From the IMG/VR virus record IMGVR_UViG_3300031998_000047: a DNA stretch of 20,610 nt; one strand, 5' to 3'. Made by a program: the position numbers and the translations under genes. Source of the stretch: an uncultured virus (IMG/VR IMGVR_UViG_3300031998_000047). Its lineage: Duplodnaviria; Heunggongvirae; Uroviricota; Caudoviricetes. A model generated the notes under the pieces. That model worked only from the letters and a program-made list of their open reading frames with translations, was not told the DNA's origin and searched no databases. Below are positions 1 through 6,806 of the stretch, one piece after another (the first letter of the stretch is position 1; each line of letters begins with the position of its first letter).

Positions 1-3
1 TTT

Positions 4-312
4 ATGGCAAATGTGGTTACAAAGTTGGATGACGAGGTTCGTTGGGGTGCTATGTTGGGTGTTATGCAAGGTGATTTGGATAAGACTCGTAGCATGTTGA
101 ATCTTGTTATCAATCAAGTTGACGATGCTATGCAACGTCGTGTTAAGGAACTTGCTGACATGGGTATTACTGAACCAGCTGGCGATGGTATTTTCAATCG
201 TTGTTTTCAACTTCACAACATGTTAGGTGGCATATATGCGGTTATGCGTGGTGCTGACGGTATTATGTCGGGTGTGATAGTTGAAATGCTTCGTGATATT
301 GATGACAAGTAG
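4..312 (+). CDS. hypothetical phage protein (102 aa)
   Basis: ATG-started ORF collinear with the + strand gene run; no recognisable motif. Confidence 0.7.
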   Translation: MANVVTKLDDEVRWGAMLGVMQGDLDKTRSMLNLVINQVDDAMQRRVKELADMGITEPAGDGIFNRCFQLHNMLGGIYAVMRGADGIMSGVIVEMLRDIDDK

Positions 313-389
313 TATATGGCAAGCGTGTATTTTGAGGTTTAACGCGATGATATAGAATTGCATGAATTGAACGAAATTATTAAGGAACT

Positions 390-818
390 ATGAAGTATAT
401 TGACGCAGATAAACTGATTGCCGAGATAAACAAAAGGTTGATGGACGTAAACCTTGAAAAGTTGCACAACATGGGGTCGCACAGGGTTTGGGCTTATAAT
501 GATGTCAAGTCCATCATCGACAAGATGAAGCAGGAAGAGCCGACACCTCCTGACATCGAAGAGGAAAGTCAGAAGAAAGGCTGGCTTGACTACGGACTGA
601 CGATGAGTGAGATTGGATTGCACCGCTACAATGCGATACACCGCATCAAGGAGCACAAGGAGCAGTTTAACCCGCTGGCCGTCCCCGACCTCTATCATGT
701 CGAGGAATACTATAAGGCCGTAGGTGCGGAGATAACTTGTTGCTGTCTGCAGGCATACGGCAAGGATTTTATCTTCACGCAGGACGAAGTAAAGGAAATC
801 ATCGAAAATGAGGGTTGA
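390..818 (+). CDS. hypothetical phage protein
   Basis: N-terminus MKYIDADKLIAEI resembles the IDADxL start common in small phage proteins; 3 nt from the next gene. Confidence 0.8.
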   Translation: MKYIDADKLIAEINKRLMDVNLEKLHNMGSHRVWAYNDVKSIIDKMKQEEPTPPDIEEESQKKGWLDYGLTMSEIGLHRYNAIHRIKEHKEQFNPLAVPDLYHVEEYYKAVGAEITCCCLQAYGKDFIFTQDEVKEIIENEG

Positions 819-821
819 CGT

Positions 822-1238
822 ATGAAAAAGCAAGTTATTTTCCTTGGTGCGTCATTATTGCGCGAAAAGATAGCCATCTCGTCTGAACATATTCCAGAGC
901 TTTGCTTAGACGTTCAAACGTTCAACGAAAAGAACGCCTACGCCACTCCGCGTTTCACGCGCCCTTGTGACATGAGTATTTCTTTGGATATAAAGGCCGA
1001 CGTGATGAAAGATGATATTTCAAATATTCTTGGTATGAGCCCGATTTTCGATGTCAAGGTAACGGATTTGCGCGGAAACGAGCTTGTTATCCCAAACGCA
1101 AAGATTTCTGCACGTTTGAGCGTTGCTGGGCGCATACCGCGAAAGCTTAAAAAGCAGCTCAAAAAGAAACATGGTGTCTATTGGAAACAGCACCATCCAA
1201 ACGTGGAAAGGTTTTATTCAATTTCAAATAAAGATTAA
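822..1238 (+). CDS. hypothetical phage protein with basic C-terminal motif
   Basis: Tightly packed between neighbours; RIPRKLKKQLKK basic motif. Confidence 0.75.
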   Translation: MKKQVIFLGASLLREKIAISSEHIPELCLDVQTFNEKNAYATPRFTRPCDMSISLDIKADVMKDDISNILGMSPIFDVKVTDLRGNELVIPNAKISARLSVAGRIPRKLKKQLKKKHGVYWKQHHPNVERFYSISNKD

Positions 1239-1243
1239 CAATT

Positions 1244-1813
1244 ATGATTTCAAAAGAGAAAGTACAAGAATTGATTAAGCGTGCCTACAGCATTGCGGCC
1301 ACACACGGCTTTCATGAGGTAGACCGCAGTAATGCGCATTTTATGATGCTCGTCGTTTCGGAAATCGGCGAGATGGTCGAGGCCGACAGAAAGAATATGC
1401 GTGCCAATCCCAAAGGTTTTGAAAAGTGTGTTGGTCTTACGTATAACGACCGTTTCAAGAACTACGTCAAGGACACGCTGGAGGATGAATTGGCCGACGT
1501 CGTTATCCGTATATGTGATTTCTTGGGAACACGGCATATAGAGCCGCTTATCCTCGAGGAAACATCTACAAGCGATGATTGGGCTAACCTTTGGGGTAAG
1601 GCCTCTATCAACGAGCAATGCTACGGATTGACGAAGATTATAACCCGTATTGACGAAGAGACGTCGGCAGACGATATTTCCCGTCTTCTTGGTGCTTCTC
1701 TTGCATGGTGCTTTGATTTCGCCGATTTCCACAAATTCGACCTGCTTTGGCATGTGGAGCAGAAGATGCTATACAACGAGACCCGTTCAATTCGTCACGG
1801 CAAGAACTATTAA
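1244..1813 (+). CDS. MazG-like / all-alpha NTP pyrophosphohydrolase
   Basis: Motifs HGFH, LVVSEIGEMVEADRK, EDELADVVIRICD and C-terminal KMLYNETR..HGKNY match the ExxE...ExxD metal-binding pattern of phage MazG-like proteins. Confidence 0.8.
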   Translation: MISKEKVQELIKRAYSIAATHGFHEVDRSNAHFMMLVVSEIGEMVEADRKNMRANPKGFEKCVGLTYNDRFKNYVKDTLEDELADVVIRICDFLGTRHIEPLILEETSTSDDWANLWGKASINEQCYGLTKIITRIDEETSADDISRLLGASLAWCFDFADFHKFDLLWHVEQKMLYNETRSIRHGKNY

Positions 1814-1825
1814 ACGTTGTTTATC

Positions 1826-2014
1826 ATGGCAAAGTTCGTAAGAATCAAGGTCGGCGAGGAGAATCTGCCGTGTCTTTTCGATTTGGAGGCGATAGAATGC
1901 ATCGACCTGCGAAACAAGAGCGTTTATACCGTAGGTACAAACCAACCATATCATATTTGCGACCAATCATCATGGGATAAAATAATACTATATGCGAACG
2001 AAAATGCGAAATAG
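1826..2014 (+). CDS. small hypothetical protein
   Basis: ATG at 1826 (MAKFVRIKV) preferred over TTG 1817; fills the gap in the operon. Confidence 0.65.
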   Translation: MAKFVRIKVGEENLPCLFDLEAIECIDLRNKSVYTVGTNQPYHICDQSSWDKIILYANENAK

Positions 2015-2017
2015 CGG

Positions 2018-2101
2018 TTTTAAGCCGTTTTAAGGCGTTATTTTTCTTTCGGTGGGTAGTTATCCCACAAATGGTATAGAAACGCGCCTACGGGCTTAAA
2101 A
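2018..2101. repeat. intergenic imperfect palindrome, copy 1
   Basis: Outer arms ttttaagccgt / acgggcttaaaa, inner gtggg-tagttat-cccac (2052-2068); reverse complement aligns with 11863-11940. Confidence 0.8.
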
Positions 2102-2133
2102 ATGGGCAAAAACGATAATAAACGGAAATAGTT

Positions 2134-2316
2134 ATGAAATGTTCGGAATGTAAATTTTGGCAACGTTCAAAGATGTACGGCAATCATTGTAAGTTTAGGG
2201 ACGGTGTAAAGCCTTGCGAATTTGATAGAATGAACAAGGAAACGAAAGCGCGACGTAAACGAGCAAAACGTAAAATGGAGAAGTATGATAAAAGTATGCG
2301 AAAGATTAGGTTTTAG
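2134..2316 (+). CDS. small Cys-rich basic protein (possible Zn-binding)
   Basis: CSEC...HC...PC pattern, K/R-rich C-terminus, AT-rich leader gaaatagtt-ATG. Confidence 0.7.
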   Translation: MKCSECKFWQRSKMYGNHCKFRDGVKPCEFDRMNKETKARRKRAKRKMEKYDKSMRKIRF

Positions 2317-2324
2317 CGGATTTA

Positions 2325-2399
2325 GCGGCCAATCGTGGTACACATATCTACTTTTAGGGTGTATATGGGTACACATCAACAAACATTTCCGTTGGCCGT
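2325..2399. repeat. intergenic imperfect palindrome, diverged copy
   Basis: gcggccaatcg / cgttggccgt outer arms, inner gtgta-tatggg-tacac (2359-2374); similar span (~75 bp) and same flanks as copy 1. Confidence 0.55.
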
Positions 2400-2442
2400 T
2401 TATAAGTTTCAAAAGATTACCGTTTTAACAAAAGAAATAGTT

Positions 2443-2730
2443 ATGAAATTTGGAATAAAGAAAGAAACAAGGGTTATTAAAACCAATATCGAAGGTAAGG
2501 TTTTAGATGGCTACACAAGATACAAAGTATATCGTAAGTTGTTCTTTGGACTAATAAGATTATATGTTGAAACACGTACAATAGGCGGCGTTGACTACTC
2601 GAAGGCAGATGAAGTTATCATTGTATATACCAAAAAAGATAATGCGACATCATTTAGAGAACGTTGGCAAGCTGAAAATCTTATACGTGATATGAAAATC
2701 GAACCAGACAAATTCGTAAGACATAAATAA
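2443..2730 (+). CDS. hypothetical phage protein
   Basis: ATG 2443 (MKFGIKKET) has the same gaaatagttATGAAAT context as the 2134 gene; in frame with track ORF 2335..2730. Confidence 0.7.
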   Translation: MKFGIKKETRVIKTNIEGKVLDGYTRYKVYRKLFFGLIRLYVETRTIGGVDYSKADEVIIVYTKKDNATSFRERWQAENLIRDMKIEPDKFVRHK

Positions 2731-2737
2731 CAATAAT

Positions 2738-2980
2738 ATGGAAAGTCAAATACATCATAATGTAGGAAAGATGTTTGCAGAACACATTGATATTGAATCA
2801 CACCGAAAAGGCGATTTGCATTACGTATGTATATATTGGGGTGACAACTATTACGAAACAGACCATTATAAAGAAGAATCTTATGCTTTATCAGAAGCAA
2901 AAGGTTATCTTGATGGGCTTAAAATAAAATTGGATATTGAATTACAAAACATAGAAAAACAATTAAACAAAAACAAATAA
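2738..2980 (+). CDS. hypothetical protein
   Basis: Packed in operon; C-terminal coiled-coil-like heptads. Confidence 0.7.
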   Translation: MESQIHHNVGKMFAEHIDIESHRKGDLHYVCIYWGDNYYETDHYKEESYALSEAKGYLDGLKIKLDIELQNIEKQLNKNK

Positions 2981-2983
2981 ATT

Positions 2984-3394
2984 ATGGAAATACAAGGAAA
3001 AGTCGTTGCGGTGCTTAATCCGCAGTCATACACATCACAGAAGAACGGCAATACATACGTAACCAATCAGTTCGTTATCGAAACGCAGGGGCAGTACCCG
3101 AAAAAGGTGGCCTTCAAGGTTATGGGCGAGGATAAGTTCGCACAGATGCAGATTGCCGTTGGCGGTTTCTATAACGTATCATTTGACGTGGAAAGCCGCG
3201 AATGGAAAGGCAAATGGTTTACTGAATGTCAAGCGTGGAGAACGCAACGAGTGGACGGTACGCAAGAACAACCGCAACAAGCCACTACACAGACCGCTCA
3301 AAAACCAGCCCCTGCGCCTGCGCAAAACCCTTTCCCCGAAAATAACGGAGGTGTGCAAGGTGATGGTAAACAAGGTGATGACTTACCTTTCTGA
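2984..3394 (+). CDS. DUF3127-family OB-fold protein, putative single-stranded DNA-binding protein
   Basis: MEIQGKV, FVIETQGQYPKKVAF, VSFDVESREWKGKWFT; Q/P-rich linker and acidic DDLPF tail. Confidence 0.85.
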   Translation: MEIQGKVVAVLNPQSYTSQKNGNTYVTNQFVIETQGQYPKKVAFKVMGEDKFAQMQIAVGGFYNVSFDVESREWKGKWFTECQAWRTQRVDGTQEQPQQATTQTAQKPAPAPAQNPFPENNGGVQGDGKQGDDLPF

Positions 3395-3419
3395 TGTATA
3401 ACAAATAAAATAAAAAGCT

Positions 3420-3836
3420 ATGGAAAATTGGATTTTAGTAAAGAATCTTGACGGCGAGAAAATAAAAGTTCGTCAACACGTCAAATATGGTGACATCTTT
3501 GTTGATGAAAACGGAAAAGAGTACAAGGCATCACATTTGGATTTTACCGAGGCAATATTCGCTTTCCCAAAGATAAAAGATAGCCATTTTGACGAACTAA
3601 AGGAAATAATGAAGTCTTGGGACGTAAAAGAGCAAGACAACAATCGTGCCTTGATAGCCGAGCGTGAGTATTGGCGCAAGCTACGTGGTGACATTTTCTT
3701 TGCCGTATTTAAGGAAAACGATAATGCCACGTTCCAACAAGTCGTTGATTACACGAAAGATTATTTCGATGCTCTCTACGAACAAGACAGAAAATTCTTT
3801 GCCGACAAGATGGCGTTTAACGTTCCAGTATTATGA
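3420..3836 (+). CDS. hypothetical phage protein
   Basis: ATGA overlap with the next gene. Confidence 0.75.
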   Translation: MENWILVKNLDGEKIKVRQHVKYGDIFVDENGKEYKASHLDFTEAIFAFPKIKDSHFDELKEIMKSWDVKEQDNNRALIAEREYWRKLRGDIFFAVFKENDNATFQQVVDYTKDYFDALYEQDRKFFADKMAFNVPVL

Positions 3837-4183
3837 AGCGCAACGAAACATTGCAAGCCTTGTGCCGTAACTATCTTAATCGGTTGCGGTACATGGCTTC
3901 AAAGCACGGTCTTTTGCCTTGGGTTGACGAGACGATACGCGCAAACCGTAGGCGTGAATGTGAGGCCACGAAAAAGGAGGTTGAAATGTTGTCAAGGCTA
4001 TGCAATGACGAGCGTATTGAAAGAAACGACGTACCAAAGGTGTTAGGCAAGTCTTATAGGCAAAGCGTAGAGGATGATGACTTCTCGCATATCCGTAAAC
4101 TTCCCCGCCTTGGAACTTATCTTAAACTCGATGCGCTTCTGTTGAAAGAACGAAGAAAAACGAAAAAGAAGAGTAATTTATGA
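3833..4183 (+). CDS. hypothetical phage protein
   Basis: ATGA overlaps at both ends (translational coupling). Confidence 0.8.
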   Translation: MKRNETLQALCRNYLNRLRYMASKHGLLPWVDETIRANRRRECEATKKEVEMLSRLCNDERIERNDVPKVLGKSYRQSVEDDDFSHIRKLPRLGTYLKLDALLLKERRKTKKKSNL

Positions 4184-5052
4184 ACGAACTTACGCAAATA
4201 ATCGGAAATGACGGAAAATCGGGATATATAAAGAAAGATTCCGATTTCCAAAAAGACGGCCTTTGTGGTATGGAACAGCAGATATTAACGCCAGTAGAAT
4301 ACAAAGACGGTTTTTTCCTTAAAAGGGATGATTATTTCACCGTCTATAACGTTTGCGGTGGCAAGGCGCGTGCGGCATACCAAATCATAACCGACGCTAT
4401 GAAAGACGGCCAAAGGGTTTTCGTGACCGCAGGAAGCCGCATGTCGCCACAATGCGAGATTGTGAGTTGCATTTGCCAAAACTTGAACGTGGACTGCCAT
4501 TTGTTCATGCCTAACGGCAAATCTACAAGCGTGCTTGAAAGCATACAAGCGAATACGACATCACACCTTCATCTTCAAAAGGTCGGATATAACTCCGTCA
4601 TCATCCATCATGCTATGGAATATGCCAAAGAAAACGGGTATTTCTATATTCCGTTTGGAATGGAATGTGAGGACAATATCGAAATTACGAAGCATCAAGT
4701 CAGGAACATTCCAAAGGAGGTTAAGAGAATCGTCATTCCTTGCGGAAGCGGCATGTCTATGATTAGCGTCATAAAAGGCCTCGAATACTACAAGATGTAT
4801 GACAAAGAGGTTTTGGGCGTTGTCGTAGGTAAAAAGCCGAATGGCACGTTTGGCAAGTTCTTGCCTAATGACATGTTTAACGGCACGCACATCAAGTATT
4901 CTTTTGTCGATGCTGGTATAGACTATCACAAGTCGCCGAAAACGACGCAAGTAAACGGCGTGGAGCTTGACCCTATCTATGAATCGAAGTGTATTCCGTT
5001 CTTGAAGGAGATGGATTTATTGTGGATTGTAGGACACCGTATCTTAAAATAA
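4180..5052 (+). CDS. fold-type II PLP-dependent enzyme (ACC deaminase / D-cysteine desulfhydrase / PALP-like)
   Basis: LTPVE..FLKRDD...GGKAR (Schiff-base Lys motif), YIPFG, phosphate-binding loop VIPCGSGMS, LDPIYESK; alternative start ATG 4270. Confidence 0.85.
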   Translation: MNELTQIIGNDGKSGYIKKDSDFQKDGLCGMEQQILTPVEYKDGFFLKRDDYFTVYNVCGGKARAAYQIITDAMKDGQRVFVTAGSRMSPQCEIVSCICQNLNVDCHLFMPNGKSTSVLESIQANTTSHLHLQKVGYNSVIIHHAMEYAKENGYFYIPFGMECEDNIEITKHQVRNIPKEVKRIVIPCGSGMSMISVIKGLEYYKMYDKEVLGVVVGKKPNGTFGKFLPNDMFNGTHIKYSFVDAGIDYHKSPKTTQVNGVELDPIYESKCIPFLKEMDLLWIVGHRILK

Positions 5053-5058
5053 TTATTT

Positions 5059-5952
5059 ATGGCACAACAAAGTTTTGATTTATTTGGAAACCCTATTGAA
5101 ACGAAGGGTGATTTGAAGAAAGAATTTGGCGCAAACCCGTTTTCTATTCTTGACACAAAGGATGGTCTTTGGCAAGCGCGTAAAAAGAAGTGGATTAACA
5201 TGGGTATAAAATCAGAGGTCGGTCGTGACGCTGTGACGTACCACATGAAAGACTGGGCTGACAAGAAAGGCGCGGAGGGTACGTTGAAAGGCAATAACCT
5301 TCCGTCCGACACATCAATCTTTGACCCCGTTCTTTGTGAATTGATGTACCGTTGGTTTTGCCCAGATGGTGGCTCTATCCTCGACCCCTTTGCAGGCGGT
5401 TCGGTGCGCGGTATCGTTGCTAATTATCTTGGCTACCATTATTCGGGTATCGACATACGGCAAGAGCAAGTAGATTCTAACCGCGAGCAAGCATTGGATA
5501 TATTGGGCGTGGAAAACCTACCCCAATGGTATGTTGGTGATTCCAATATCGTACTCGAACAAAACTGGCAAAAGCAATTCGACCTTGTTTTCACCTGTCC
5601 ACCGTATGCCGACTTAGAGGTGTATTCGGATATGCAAGGCGATATATCGAATATGGAATATGACGATTTCATCTTTACCTTTGAAAGCATCATGCGTAAG
5701 GCATGTAAGTTGCTTAAAAAGGGTGGCATGGCCATTGTCGTTGTTGGCGAGGTGCGCAATAAGCAAGGCAACTACTATGGCTTTGTAGCCGACACAATAA
5801 AGTTGATGCAACGGTGCGCGGGTATGGGCTACTACAACGAGGCAATATTGGCCACAAGCCTTGCAAGCGCGGCCTTACGTGCTGGTGGCAACATGAAATC
5901 GGGAAAGTTGGTAAAGGTGCATCAAAACGTCTTAATGTTTAAAAAATCGTAA
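5059..5952 (+). CDS. SAM-dependent DNA amino-methyltransferase-fold protein (motif I before motif IV)
   Basis: SIFDPVLCE, ILDPFAGGSVRG (motif I variant), GIDIR (motif II), VGDS, FTCPPY (motif IV), LKKGG. Confidence 0.85.
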   Translation: MAQQSFDLFGNPIETKGDLKKEFGANPFSILDTKDGLWQARKKKWINMGIKSEVGRDAVTYHMKDWADKKGAEGTLKGNNLPSDTSIFDPVLCELMYRWFCPDGGSILDPFAGGSVRGIVANYLGYHYSGIDIRQEQVDSNREQALDILGVENLPQWYVGDSNIVLEQNWQKQFDLVFTCPPYADLEVYSDMQGDISNMEYDDFIFTFESIMRKACKLLKKGGMAIVVVGEVRNKQGNYYGFVADTIKLMQRCAGMGYYNEAILATSLASAALRAGGNMKSGKLVKVHQNVLMFKKS

Positions 5953-5956
5953 ATAG

Positions 5957-5988
5957 TTTGCATATTACAATTATTATGATTACCTTTG
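5957..5988 (+). promoter_or_regulatory. Bacteroidota sigma-A type promoter (-33 TTTG / -7 TAnnTTTG)
   Basis: TTTG 5957-5960, 20-nt spacer, TACCTTTG 5981-5988, intergenic. Confidence 0.8.
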
Positions 5989-5994
5989 CATCGT

Positions 5995-6167
5995 TCTATC
6001 AACCAAGTGTTGAAAAGATTACGAAATCGTAGAAATGCGATTTTTGCCCAAAGGTATGAGGGCGTGAGTGGACTTGCAACCCACAACATACCAAATGAAA
6101 GTTTTGTGTACGTCTTTCATTCGCCATTTTCTACAAAACGACACGTCACATTTAGTACACGTTTATT
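5995..6167 (+). ncRNA. putative structured 5' leader / small RNA
   Basis: Stems tcaac/gttga (5999-6013), aaatcgta-GAAA-tgcgattt (6024-6043), ggtatg/catacc (6053-6092), gtgg/ccac (6068-6084), aatgaaag/ctttcatt (6094-6121). Confidence 0.4.
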
Positions 6168-6806
6168 ATGAAATTAGGTTATAAGACAGACGAGCAAAAG
6201 GCTCACATAGAGGAACTATTTGGCCACACGTCAATATGGTTTAATGACGAAGGCGATTGTATCAATATTGACGATTGGGTATCGTTTGACACGTTGGCAG
6301 CTGTTGTTGATTATCTACGCCAGCCGTCAGACGCAAAAAAGGAACTTTTCGAGGAGTGTTGGATAGCATATCGGCGTAAGGGGTCAAAGAAGAAGGCTTT
6401 GGAATATTGGAAGAAACTTACCGACACGGAAAAGGAAAACGTGTTGGTGCATATCAAGGCTTACACGTCAACACGCGAACTACAATATCAAAAGGACTTT
6501 GAACGCTATTTGCGCGACAAGGTGTTTATGACCATTGTGTTTAATGGCAATAAAGTTGTCTATGACCCGACAAAGATAGGGAAAGGCGAAACCGTCAACG
6601 AGGTGTATATGCCTACATGTGATGGTGCGTTGTCGTGGAATGAATACTACAAGTGTTTCATGTATGTTGGCTTTTGGGATGGAAGGCACATTGCCGATGG
6701 CTACAATGACGATAACCGTCCTCACGGTGCAACAATTACTCTTAACAACGGACGCGGTACTATCACTTGGAATAGTGAAACAAAAACTTGGGATAAGATA
6801 TGTTAG
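6168..6806 (+). CDS. phage replication-associated protein (replisome organiser/initiator-like helical motif)
   Basis: LFEECWIAYRRKGSKKKALEYWKKL...YQKDFERYL resembles the FEEFWxxYPRKxxKxxAxKxW motif of phage initiators; lies upstream of the primase-helicase. Confidence 0.6.
   Translation: MKLGYKTDEQKAHIEELFGHTSIWFNDEGDCINIDDWVSFDTLAAVVDYLRQPSDAKKELFEECWIAYRRKGSKKKALEYWKKLTDTEKENVLVHIKAYTSTRELQYQKDFERYLRDKVFMTIVFNGNKVVYDPTKIGKGETVNEVYMPTCDGALSWNEYYKCFMYVGFWDGRHIADGYNDDNRPHGATITLNNGRGTITWNSETKTWDKIC

Noticed and set aside
2335..2442. GTG-start extension of the 2443 gene
   Set aside because: It runs through the palindromic spacer; ATG 2443 has the repeated leader context
2012..2449. Palindromic spacers as CRISPR repeats or integron attC sites
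   Set aside because: No regular repeat-spacer periodicity, no RYYYAAC/GTTRRRY ends, and no cas or integrase gene in the window
5986..6171. 61-aa ORF in the leader region
   Set aside because: Its TTG start lies inside the -7 promoter element, upstream of the expected transcription start; a structured leader explains the region better, though a leader peptide is not excluded
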